A DNA stretch of 30,677 nt from Chloroflexota bacterium (GCA_016875695.1 VGPB01000001.1:1-30677), one strand, 5' to 3'; positions 8,630-16,862 are shown, counted from the first letter of the stretch. The notes: generated by a model from the sequence alone, not told the origin. Program-made: numbers and translations.

Positions 8630-9478
8630 TCAGGACGCGTGGTCTGTCGGCTCATTCCGGACGCCTTTGACCGGGCCGGGCATGTGCGCTTCGCGGGCCG
8701 TCCACACCGCTAACGCGATGAACAACGCCGCGAATGCGGATAGGACGAGCGCTTCACTCGCCGAGCCCAGCGGGTCCTGCCTTAGGAGCATCGTCCAGCC
8801 CATGGCTGCAACGGCGAAGCCAACGAGCGCGAACCAGGCCACCACTGCTCGCATCGCTCTCTCGGCCAATGGAGCTGCTGTCAGCAGTCCACCTGCTGCG
8901 CAGACTGCCACCGGGACGACGATCCCAAGATCGAGGAAGGCGATCAACCAGAAGGCAGTAGGCGAGTCTAGGTACATTGCTGTCGGTGCACCTGACCACA
9001 CAGAGACAAGCACGGGCACATAGCGCAGTACCAGAAACGCAGCGACCAGCAGCATCAGCAGAGCGAACCCTGGCCGCCTTCTTGGTTCCGTAATGGTCGC
9101 CGTGCCGGACCACGCCATACACGCAAGCATCCACCCGAGGATGAAAAGCGCTATGTGCAGAATGAAGAAGCGCTCGTTGTTGCCATCCAGGCCGACGTAA
9201 TCTGCGCCCAGGATGTACTGCGGCATCATGTACGCCGTGAGGAGCGCAGGCCCGATGATCAGCAGGCCGGCGATGCGACTGCCTCGCAACGCCAGCCACG
9301 CCCCGAATAACAGCAGAGGGGCAGCGGCAACGAGATTCACCGCGTCGAGGGCTATCGCCTGATTCTCGTACGAAGGCGTGTATCGATATCGAATAATCCC
9401 GAGCGCGAGCGGCCCCAATAGCGAGTTCGTGCCGAGCCCGAGAGCGAGCGCAACGGCCCCTCCGGCCAGCCGGTTCAT
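8630..9478 (-). CDS. Hypothetical polytopic membrane protein (282 aa)
   Basis: About eight hydrophobic segments; start overlaps the upstream stop (ATGA, 9475-9478), which suggests translational coupling. Confidence 0.85.
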   Translation of the reverse strand: MNRLAGGAVALALGLGTNSLLGPLALGIIRYRYTPSYENQAIALDAVNLVAAAPLLLFGAWLALRGSRIAGLLIIGPALLTAYMMPQYILGADYVGLDGNNERFFILHIALFILGWMLACMAWSGTATITEPRRRPGFALLMLLVAAFLVLRYVPVLVSVWSGAPTAMYLDSPTAFWLIAFLDLGIVVPVAVCAAGGLLTAAPLAERAMRAVVAWFALVGFAVAAMGWTMLLRQDPLGSASEALVLSAFAALFIALAVWTAREAHMPGPVKGVRNEPTDHAS

Positions 9479-10086
9479 CTCTCGCTGCGCTCCGCGCGCA
9501 CCTTCAAGTTCAACAGCATTTGGCGGGTCATCACCAGCGCCGCCGCATCGAGCACAAGCATCGCCAGCCTCCAGAACGTGCCTGAGGGTGTCAGCGCCCT
9601 ATTCCTCGAGATCAGCCGGGTGCGATGGTCGCTGATCGGATCGAGCATGAAGGTCCACGACCAACCGCCGCCCACAGGGAACCTATCGCCGAGCACCAGA
9701 CTGCGCATGGGATCGACGGCCTTCACCGGCCAGTCACCGTGGCCCATGGGGATGATGTCGCCAGCTTTCAGCAGCTGGAACTGCGGGAGGATCTCCTGCG
9801 CGCTTGGAGCGTCGAGGAAGCCGAACAGACGGTCGAGCGCATCGAAGCTGTACAGGCCGCCACGGCCGCGCCCGATCTGTACGAGCCACGGCCAAATCGC
9901 CGCAGCCCCGGCATCGATTGTGACTGCCTTGGTGGTGACATAGTTCGGAGTTCCGATGATGTCGTCACCTGGCAACGCTCGAGACACCTCCTCATCAGTC
10001 GCTCCCCAGCGTAGACCCCATGGGCGCAAGACTGCGAGATAGGCGCCCACTCCGAGTAGCGGTGCGACGACACCAACGCGCCTCAT
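9475..10086 (-). CDS. SRPBCC/START-like family protein
   Basis: WGATDEEVSRALPGDD...TKAVTIDAGAAAIWPWLVQIGRGRGGLYSFD...WSWTFMLDP...RTRLISR signature. Confidence 0.8.
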   Translation of the reverse strand: MRRVGVVAPLLGVGAYLAVLRPWGLRWGATDEEVSRALPGDDIIGTPNYVTTKAVTIDAGAAAIWPWLVQIGRGRGGLYSFDALDRLFGFLDAPSAQEILPQFQLLKAGDIIPMGHGDWPVKAVDPMRSLVLGDRFPVGGGWSWTFMLDPISDHRTRLISRNRALTPSGTFWRLAMLVLDAAALVMTRQMLLNLKVRAERSER

Positions 10087-10130
10087 TTAAGCCTTCGTTC
10101 TCAAGGGAGACATGGGCTACTGCGACTCGC

Positions 10131-11447
10131 TCATTTCACGATGAAGGCGGTCACCATGCCGTACATTCCCTGCTCGTTCTCGGCGTGAGAAAGGATGTGG
10201 CAATGGAACGCCCACACGCCTAGCTCGCTCGCGCTCACAAGCACGTCGATACGCTGCCCAGGCGCCACCATCACTGTGTCCTGCTGATAGCGTTGGGGCA
10301 CCGAGTTGCCATCGACCGCGATCACGGTCTGCACGAGCCCGTGTAGGTGCATGGGATGGATCTGCAGGCCCTCATTCATATAGCGCACGCGTACCAGCTC
10401 GTTCTGCTTCGCGACGATGGCGTGTGTCGCAGGGAATCCCTTGCCGTTAATCGTGTATCCCAGGGGCCCGTCGTTGAGGACCATCACTTCGTCGTGCGCG
10501 ACGGCCGGTTCGTCCTTGCCATCCACGATGAATGCACCAAGGAGCCCGGCTGGCACCTGGACAGCCGCGTTCATATGTGAGTGGTACATGTGGGAGCCGG
10601 CGTTACGGACAGTGAACTCGTAGTTGAATGACTGACCCGGCAGCACCAACGGCTGCGTGATTCCGGGGACCCCATCCATATCGTTTGGCACTACCAGTCC
10701 GTGGAAGTGCATCGCCGTCGACTCGGTGAGCTGGTTGTGGAGAACGATTCGCACGCGATCGCCGAGCGCGACGTGGATGGTGGGACCGGGCACGGTCCCG
10801 TTGTACGCCATCGCCTGACGCGTCTCGCCCGGTGACACTTCCCACGCAATCTCCGAAGCGGTGATATCGAAGACCTTCACGCCGTTTTCGACGCGAGGAG
10901 CCAGCAGCTGAGCGCCTTCGCCTTTCGTAGCTGCCGGGAACGCCTTGATGCCCGCGAGGTAGGAGGCGTCCATTTTCGCGCTCTGCGCCGGCGTCATGCT
11001 CAACTGCGAAGCGCCCGCAACCGCGGCGTGTGCAGTGTGATCCGTCGACGTCCCCGCCTCAACTGCGAGTGCAGCCTGCATGCCGGCTTCTCGATGGCCG
11101 GGTAGTGAGCAGAAGAGAGTGATCGATGAGGCCACGGCGCCAACGTTTAGGACCGCCGTCTCCCCCGACGCCAGTCTTGGTGTCTTATGGCCATCGGACA
11201 TGGTGAGGTCATGCTCGGTCCCGCCGCCATTGTGCACGCGAAGCGTGACGTCCGTGCCCGCTGGTACGCTAAGCGAACCCGGCTTGATGAACAGATCGCC
11301 GAGTTCTACGTCGAGCGTGCGAGTGGTTAGGGCATCAGGTGCCGCGGCAACTGAAGCTCCCTGTCCAAGTGCAGCCGTCGATACGAGCAGTGCCGAGAAG
11401 CCGAGAATCGCGCCGGCGACCGCCATCGCGGCATACCCATTTCGCAT
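10131..11447 (-). CDS. Secreted multicopper oxidase: N-terminal cupredoxin fused to a two-domain MCO
   Basis: Signal-like N-terminus; cupredoxin T1 ligands H...CSLPGHREAGM; MCO motifs MHFHG, YHSH, HPMHLHG and FHCHILSH...GM. Confidence 0.92.
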   Translation of the reverse strand: MRNGYAAMAVAGAILGFSALLVSTAALGQGASVAAAPDALTTRTLDVELGDLFIKPGSLSVPAGTDVTLRVHNGGGTEHDLTMSDGHKTPRLASGETAVLNVGAVASSITLFCSLPGHREAGMQAALAVEAGTSTDHTAHAAVAGASQLSMTPAQSAKMDASYLAGIKAFPAATKGEGAQLLAPRVENGVKVFDITASEIAWEVSPGETRQAMAYNGTVPGPTIHVALGDRVRIVLHNQLTESTAMHFHGLVVPNDMDGVPGITQPLVLPGQSFNYEFTVRNAGSHMYHSHMNAAVQVPAGLLGAFIVDGKDEPAVAHDEVMVLNDGPLGYTINGKGFPATHAIVAKQNELVRVRYMNEGLQIHPMHLHGLVQTVIAVDGNSVPQRYQQDTVMVAPGQRIDVLVSASELGVWAFHCHILSHAENEQGMYGMVTAFIVK

Positions 11448-11542
11448 CTGCTTCCCCTTCTCAGCAGCGGCCTTGGTACCGCGGCACTTCGAATACCGAC
11501 GTTCAGAATCGGCTGCCGGGCCAGGCAACGCCCGCGTAACCG

Positions 11543-12019
11543 CTAGTCCTTCGGAGTTGGCCTCACGATGAGAAGGGGCGTGCCCGTGAGATGGCGAAGC
11601 ACGTAGTCGGCGACCGAGCCTAGGACTGCGCGTTTGAAGCCTCCGCGCCCGTGCGAGCCCATAACCACCACGGACGCATGGACGCGCTGCGCCTCCTCGA
11701 CGATCGTGTCGCCGGGCACGCCACTGCAGACTCGGGTTTCCACGTTGCTCACACCAAGGCCGGACAGGGTGGCCCGTGCCGCTTCCAGGTTCGTGCTCGC
11801 GCCCTCGCGCTGGCCGTCGAGGATCAAGTCCACAACGTCCGGATTGCTCGCGTAGAACGCTGGGCTCGTACTGCCCATACGGGTAATGACTAGGCCTGCA
11901 TCATCAATCACTTCAATGACCGTCACAGTCCCGGTGGGATCGGCCAAACGCGGCACCTCTGCGAGGACGGCTGTACTTGCCTCCGACCCATCGACAGCGA
12001 TCAAAACGTTGCGATACAT
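11543..12019 (-). CDS. Universal stress protein (single USP domain)
   Basis: MYRNVLIAVDGS...VVVMGSHGRGGFKRAVLGSVADYVL with the canonical G-2x-G-9x-GS motif; GGAG RBS. Confidence 0.95.
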   Translation of the reverse strand: MYRNVLIAVDGSEASTAVLAEVPRLADPTGTVTVIEVIDDAGLVITRMGSTSPAFYASNPDVVDLILDGQREGASTNLEAARATLSGLGVSNVETRVCSGVPGDTIVEEAQRVHASVVVMGSHGRGGFKRAVLGSVADYVLRHLTGTPLLIVRPTPKD

Positions 12020-12099
12020 AGCAGCTCCTCTGGTGGTTGACCGTCACACGGTCTCTGATCCCGCGGCTAGTCCGAAGGTAGGAAGGCAAGTCGTCCAAA

Positions 12100-12113
12100 A
12101 GGACTTTTGTCAC
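12100..12113. promoter_or_regulatory. Dos-box-like palindrome AGGACTTTTGTCAC
   Basis: 11/14 match to GGGACTWWAGTCCC; ~80 bp upstream of the USP start at 12019. Confidence 0.55.
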
Positions 12114-12152
12114 CCAGAACAGACCGTGCGAGCACTCTCACCGCGGTGTTGC

Positions 12153-13472
12153 TCAGCTATCGCCGCCTGATGGCGCGCGATCGCCGCGCTGCATCCGACC
12201 GAACCAGGTCATCACGCCAGCGGCAGCGATCGCACAACCGACGAACCAGGCAAGAGGCGGCAACAGCATGAGCATCACGCCGGCGGTCACCAATCCGACG
12301 AGCGTTGGGATCGGCCATTCGCGTGCGCCGGGACGGACAGTGATGGGGCGGGGCCAGGCAGGCAGTATCCGACGCAGGCGGAGCAGGGCGAGGTTCACCG
12401 CGAGAAATTCGACGAATACGGTGAAGTCCGTGAGCGCCGCCGCAATCTCAATGTCGCCTCCGAGTGCGGTAGCGCACGCGCCAGCTGCTACGGCCCCGGC
12501 CGCGAGCTGCGGCGCTCCGCTACGCCTCCCCACCTGGGAGAACAAGGGCGGCAGCCACTCGCGCGAAGCCAGGCTGAAAACGATCCGGGACGCAGCCGTG
12601 AGCAACAGCAACGTAGTGTTCAGCGTCGATGCCAGAGCGATCCAGACGACGACCGTCGAGGCTCCCGCACCGCCCTGACTGTGCAGCACCAATGCGAGCG
12701 GACGTTCCGAGCTGGCGAGTAGGCGCCAATCGACGGCGCTCACAGCGACTACGCCAACGACTGCGTAAAGAATGGCTGAAACGGCCAGGGAGAGCAGAAG
12801 CGCCCGTGGAATCACCCGCGCCGCTTCGCGGGTCTCCTCGGACAGCGTCACGACCTCGTCGAATCCGATGAATGCGAAGAAGACTAGCGACGACGCCGCG
12901 AGGACCCCGGCTAAGCTACCCTCGGTGAGTGGTCGGCTGCCCACTTCGGGCGCGCCCGCCACTATCACTATCAGGAGCCCTCCTACCTGGAGCATTGCGA
13001 GCGCTGTAGACACCCAGATCGACCGCTCGATGCCACTGACGACCAGAGCCAACAGGGCGAGCAGCATGGCGACGGCGGCGAGGGACACGTTGATATCGAT
13101 GAACTCGCGAAGATACGTTGCGAACCCAAGCGCCACAGCCCCGGCGGCAATGGCATTCCCTGTCGCCATCAGCCAACCCGCGAGGAACCCCCACACATCA
13201 CCGAAGGCCCGACGAGCGAATTCGGACTCCGCGCCAGCAGACGGAAACATACCCGCAAGCTCTGCGTAGCCGAGACCTGTGCAAGCGGCGACCAACGCTG
13301 CGAGCAAGAACGCAGCCCACAACAGGCTCCCGGCGTGGGCTGCTGCCTCACCAACGAGGACGTATATCCCGGCGCCAATCATGATCCCGACACCGGAGAC
13401 CGTGGTCTGCCAGAGGCTCAGACTGCGCCTCAGGTTGCCAGGCGGGACTGCCGGAGACTGTGGCCCCTGCAC
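12153..13472 (-). CDS. APC-family amino acid permease
   Basis: GVGIMIGAGIYVLVG, YAELAGMFPSAG, VFFAFIGFDEVVTLSEE motifs; about 12 TM segments. Confidence 0.93.
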   Translation of the reverse strand: MQGPQSPAVPPGNLRRSLSLWQTTVSGVGIMIGAGIYVLVGEAAAHAGSLLWAAFLLAALVAACTGLGYAELAGMFPSAGAESEFARRAFGDVWGFLAGWLMATGNAIAAGAVALGFATYLREFIDINVSLAAVAMLLALLALVVSGIERSIWVSTALAMLQVGGLLIVIVAGAPEVGSRPLTEGSLAGVLAASSLVFFAFIGFDEVVTLSEETREAARVIPRALLLSLAVSAILYAVVGVVAVSAVDWRLLASSERPLALVLHSQGGAGASTVVVWIALASTLNTTLLLLTAASRIVFSLASREWLPPLFSQVGRRSGAPQLAAGAVAAGACATALGGDIEIAAALTDFTVFVEFLAVNLALLRLRRILPAWPRPITVRPGAREWPIPTLVGLVTAGVMLMLLPPLAWFVGCAIAAAGVMTWFGRMQRGDRAPSGGDS

Positions 13473-13474
13473 CG

Positions 13475-14185
13475 CTACCGCCGGAGGCCACTAGGCCCGC
13501 TGCGAGAGCGCATGACTACCCCAATCACCACAGCCAGAAGGAGGGCACCGAGCCATGTGCCGGAGTCGGTGACGATAAAGCCCACGGCTACCGCGAGCAG
13601 CAAGGTCAGAAACGCAACGACACCGGAAGGGACTCCACCTTCTTCGGACCAGCCGAGGGCAGTGGTGACCCGCGGCATGATCCACCGATCTACGCCGTAC
13701 GTTCCTGCAGTGCTACCCACGAGCACGATTGCGAGCTCGAGTACGAGCATCTGCGGATTCGCGGAGGTGGTGCCTGCGGCGAGAAACATGAAATTCAGGA
13801 ATGCGGCGCTGAGGGCCGTCAACCGCGTGCAGAGCCCAATGATGAGAGCGAAACCAGCGAGCAGTTCGCCCCACGTCACGAGGTTCGCGAAGAGGGCAGC
13901 ATGTGGCAGAACGACGTGCTGCGCGAACCACGTGAACCACGGTTGAACCTCGGGATGGGCTCCGGTCGCTTTGCCAAGCGCGCCGTTGATGAATCCGGCT
14001 ACAGCGCCACCCACAGGCGGCTCGGTCCAACCGGCAGCGCCGATCTTCTCCTGCGCACCGCGAAGCCACTCCGCTCCCAAGATCAGCCGAACAAACAGCC
14101 ATAGCGCTGGCGCGGCCACTACCGACGCAATGCCCGCGTATCCGACACCGCCGCTAACGTTCGTTACGCGCTCGATTGTTGCCAT
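13475..14185 (-). CDS. DoxX/DoxD-family membrane protein with a C-terminal TM extension
   Basis: LFVRLILGAEWLRGAQEK, LVTWGELLAGFALIIGLCTRLTALSAAFLNFMFLAAGTTSANP, GTYGVD motifs. Confidence 0.9.
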   Translation of the reverse strand: MATIERVTNVSGGVGYAGIASVVAAPALWLFVRLILGAEWLRGAQEKIGAAGWTEPPVGGAVAGFINGALGKATGAHPEVQPWFTWFAQHVVLPHAALFANLVTWGELLAGFALIIGLCTRLTALSAAFLNFMFLAAGTTSANPQMLVLELAIVLVGSTAGTYGVDRWIMPRVTTALGWSEEGGVPSGVVAFLTLLLAVAVGFIVTDSGTWLGALLLAVVIGVVMRSRSGPSGLRR

Positions 14186-14276
14186 GTAAACCCCCGCTCG
14201 GTAGGAGGACACCTGCTCCTGCGCACTATCGCGTCTCACGTAGACCGCCGGCAGGGAAGGCCTTCCGGAATCGCAC

Positions 14277-14343
14277 ATGACGTTCGTCACTGCCGAGGTA
14301 CTCGAGGAGGCCTCGGTCCCACCGGTCTCGTGACGTTCGTCGC
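14277..14343. promoter_or_regulatory. Two Dos-box-like sites forming a direct repeat of TGACGTTCGTC
   Basis: ATGACGTTCGTCAC (14277-14290) and GTGACGTTCGTCGC (14330-14343) between the divergent doxX-like and 14396 genes. Confidence 0.55.
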
Positions 14344-14395
14344 TACCGACCCTTATCGGTCTGAACGACGCTCCTCTTGGAGAAGGAGGTGGACC

Positions 14396-14557
14396 GTGTG
14401 GGAGTACGTGGTTGGTGGAGTGATCGCGACCGGGGGCACCGCGTTCGCGCTATTCAACGCTTGGGTTTCCGAGCGCGATGACCGTGTTCGCAAAGCCGAG
14501 GAGCGAACCACCCGCTTGGAGGCAGATCACCACCACGAGCCTTCCGCCGCTGCGTAG
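14396..14557 (+). CDS. Small protein (53 aa) with an N-terminal TM helix and a charged/His tail
   Basis: Strong AAGGAGGT RBS before GTG 14396; MWEYVVGGVIATGGTAFALFNAWVSERDDRVRKAEERTTRLEADHHHEPSAAA. Confidence 0.6.
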   Translation: MWEYVVGGVIATGGTAFALFNAWVSERDDRVRKAEERTTRLEADHHHEPSAAA

Positions 14558-14619
14558 GCGCGACGAGCGGCGCAGCCCGATCCACGTGTCGTTGGAAGGC
14601 CCCGCCCGAACTCTGGCTC

Positions 14620-14639
14620 TGGGATCATTTTGGGATCAT
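14620..14639 (+). repeat. Tandem 9-bp direct repeat TGGGATCAT; possible integrase arm-type sites
   Basis: TGGGATCAT at 14620-14628 and 14631-14639, about 110-130 bp inside the tRNA fragment. Confidence 0.45.
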
Positions 14640-14750
14640 GACGCGCCGTTAAGGACCAGACGGATTGCTACGACCCAGACAAGAACGCCTTACAGACAGC
14701 CGATTTGGAGACGGAGCGCTACCAGACGGAAGCTGTGATACGGCTTCTAG

Positions 14751-14799
14751 CACTCTGTCACGGTGGAGAGCGTCGGTTCGAATCCGATCGGGGTCGCCA
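14751..14799 (+). tRNA. 3' fragment of tRNA-Asp(GTC), non-functional; attR-like site
   Basis: Anticodon loop CTGTCAC (GTC at 14757-14759), T-arm GTCGG-TTCGAAT-CCGAT, acceptor 3' strand CGGGGTC, discriminator G and CCA. The upstream sequence has no D-arm or acceptor 5' strand. Confidence 0.88.
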
Positions 14800-14822
14800 C
14801 AGCCTCCTCGGCGCACGCCGCC

Positions 14823-15683
14823 CTATCTCCGCGGCGCGTACTCGAAGAAGCCGCGGCCGCTCTTGCGGCCCAGCCAGCCCGCCGCGACGTAGCGACGCAG
14901 CAGCCCCGACGGCCGGTACTTGTCGCCCAGCTCCGCGTGCAGCACCTCGGCGATCGCGAGCACGGTGTCGAGGCCGATCAGGTCCGCGAGCGCCAGCGGG
15001 CCCATGGGGTGGTTGAGGCCGACGCGCACCGCGCCGTCGAGCTCGTCCGGCGTCGCGAGTCCTTCCTGCAGCACGAAGCAGGCCTCGTTCAGGAACGGGA
15101 TCAGCAGCCGGTTCACCACGAAGCCCGGGCTGTCCTGCGCCGCGACCACGGTCTTGCCCATGCGCTGTGCGACCGCGCGCACCGTCGCGGCCGTCGCCTC
15201 GTCCGTCTGCGTACCCACCACCAGCTCGACGAGCGCCATCGCCGGCGCGGGGTTCATGAAGTGCATGCCTGCGACGCGCTGCGGCCGCCGGCACGCCGCC
15301 GCCAGCTGCGTGATCGACAGCGACGACGTGTTGCTCGCGAGCACCGCGTCGTCGCGCAGCACCGCCTCGACGTCCGCGAGCACGCGCAGCTTGAGCGCGA
15401 GCGCCTCAGGCACCGCCTCGACCACGAGGTCGGCGTCCGCCAGCGCCGAGACGTCGGCGACCGGCCGCACCGCCTCGACGGTACGCGTGCGGTCCGCCTC
15501 TGCCAGCTGGCCGCGCGCGACCTGGCGGTCCAGCGCCACTGCTATGGCGTCGCGCCCCGCCTCAGCGAGGCCGGGCGCCGCGTCGAGCAGCGCGACGGAG
15601 TAGCCCGCAGCCGCCGCCACCTGCGCGATGCCACGCCCCATCTGCCCCGCGCCTACCACCCCGATCGTGCGTACCTCGCCCAC
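14823..15683 (-). CDS. hbd: 3-hydroxybutyryl-CoA dehydrogenase
   Basis: IGVVGAGQMGRGIA Rossmann motif, LVVEAVPE, LASNTSSLSI, GMHFMNP, PGFVVNRLL, NHPMGPLALADLIGLD; GGAGGAGG RBS before GTG 15683. Confidence 0.95.
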   Translation of the reverse strand: MGEVRTIGVVGAGQMGRGIAQVAAAAGYSVALLDAAPGLAEAGRDAIAVALDRQVARGQLAEADRTRTVEAVRPVADVSALADADLVVEAVPEALALKLRVLADVEAVLRDDAVLASNTSSLSITQLAAACRRPQRVAGMHFMNPAPAMALVELVVGTQTDEATAATVRAVAQRMGKTVVAAQDSPGFVVNRLLIPFLNEACFVLQEGLATPDELDGAVRVGLNHPMGPLALADLIGLDTVLAIAEVLHAELGDKYRPSGLLRRYVAAGWLGRKSGRGFFEYAPRR

Positions 15684-15806
15684 CGCGACCTCCTCCGCCG
15701 AACGCCGCGCGCAGCATACCTGCGCGGCGTGCACGGCGCGGCGGCGCCAAAAGAGGCTACTCGAAAGTCGCGATGGCAAACGTCACCGCGAACGAGCGGC
15801 ACCAGA

Positions 15807-16682
15807 TCACCGCGCTGCGGAACCCGAGGTGTCCACGCCAGCCGGCAGCTCGTAGTTCACGTTGCCCTGCGTCGCCTTGATCATGCTGAGATTGAGCGCA
15901 CCGCTCACGCCGACGTCCCCGGCAGCGTCCGGCGTCAGGTACACGAACAGGTCCGGGCCGTTGCGCACCGCGTAATCCTCGAAGCGCAGCAGTGCGCGGC
16001 CGTCCGGGCCGCGTAGCAGGCGCACGCTGTCGGACCCGAAGTGGAACGCGTCCGTGCCCTTGAGCAGCCCCTGCCGCAACACGACGCCCGCGCCGCCCGC
16101 TGCGGCCGTCGCGCCGCCCGCGGCCGAGGGGGCGCTCGCCGCCACCACGAAGTCGAGCTGCTCGTCCAGCGTGCGCCCCTCGTCGATGAGCGGGCGCAGC
16201 AGCCAGACCGACAGCGCCCCCGTGGCCACCAGCGCGCCGCCCGCAGGCACGCCGCCCGCAGCCCACCACTGCGGGTGGCGGGCCTGCGCGAGCTGTGCGA
16301 TGCGCGCGTCGGACGACCGCACGATGAACACCGCCGCCCCAGCGAGCGCGAGCAGCGCGGCAGGCGGCACCGCGAGCGGCGGCGCGAGCAGCAGCGCGCA
16401 CGCCATGGCCGCGGCGGCGACGCCATAGCGCAGCACGGCAAGGTCGAGGCGCCGTGCCGCGAGCATCGCCACGGCCGCCGCAAGCAGCCCGAGCTCGACG
16501 AGTCGCTGCCGCGCGCGGGCATCGAGCTCGAGCAGGCGCACCGGACCTTCGTCCACGAAGTCCGTCAGCTCGCGCGAGGCGAGCGACCAGGCGCCGGCCG
16601 CCGCTAGCAGGCCGCACGCGCCCCACCACGCCACCCGCTCGACGGTGCGCGCGCGCCCGCGCATCGAGCTGTGTTGCCGCAT
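15807..16682 (-). CDS. Membrane-anchored DM13 domain protein
   Basis: N-terminal TM segments; C-terminal G..KGTDAFHFGS..V...LLRFEDYAVRNGPDLFVYL...L..KATQGNVNYELPAGVD...AVIW-like DM13 signature. Confidence 0.85.
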   Translation of the reverse strand: MRQHSSMRGRARTVERVAWWGACGLLAAAGAWSLASRELTDFVDEGPVRLLELDARARQRLVELGLLAAAVAMLAARRLDLAVLRYGVAAAAMACALLLAPPLAVPPAALLALAGAAVFIVRSSDARIAQLAQARHPQWWAAGGVPAGGALVATGALSVWLLRPLIDEGRTLDEQLDFVVAASAPSAAGGATAAAGGAGVVLRQGLLKGTDAFHFGSDSVRLLRGPDGRALLRFEDYAVRNGPDLFVYLTPDAAGDVGVSGALNLSMIKATQGNVNYELPAGVDTSGSAAR

Positions 16683-16862
16683 GGCACCCTCCATTGCGAC
16701 TCGCCCTGGAGACGTTACGTCCCGAAGCGGGTGCAGCGATGCCCGTGCGGCGCGCGATCGATCGGTTCACGCTCGCCCTCTCGTCGAGCCCTACCCAAGG
16801 CTGCGGCGTGAAGGGAGCAAGCCGAGCGTAACGACCTGAGCCGCCCGTCACGGCAACTGACC

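Larger units (their letters stand above)
128..14799. mobile_element. Genomic island / integrative element remnant inserted at tRNA-Asp; left end not resolved
   Basis: Ends in a 3' tRNA-Asp fragment (14751-14799). Spot-counted 60-nt lines give ~53-62% GC inside versus ~67-82% to the right. Accessory stress-gene cargo. No integrase visible in the window. Confidence 0.75.

Noticed and set aside
10131-11447. Copper nitrite reductase NirK
   Set aside because: The T1 Cys is in the second MCO domain and both domains carry HxH trinuclear-site motifs, a laccase-like 2dMCO pattern rather than NirK.
128-14750. Integrase or transposase within the island
   Set aside because: No ORF with tyrosine/serine recombinase or DDE motifs was recognised; 128-340 may be a gene tail but is unidentifiable.
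14723-14799. Intact tRNA-Asp gene
   Set aside because: There is no acceptor 5' strand complementary to CGGGGTC and no D-arm upstream of 14751; only the 3' ~49 nt are tRNA-like.
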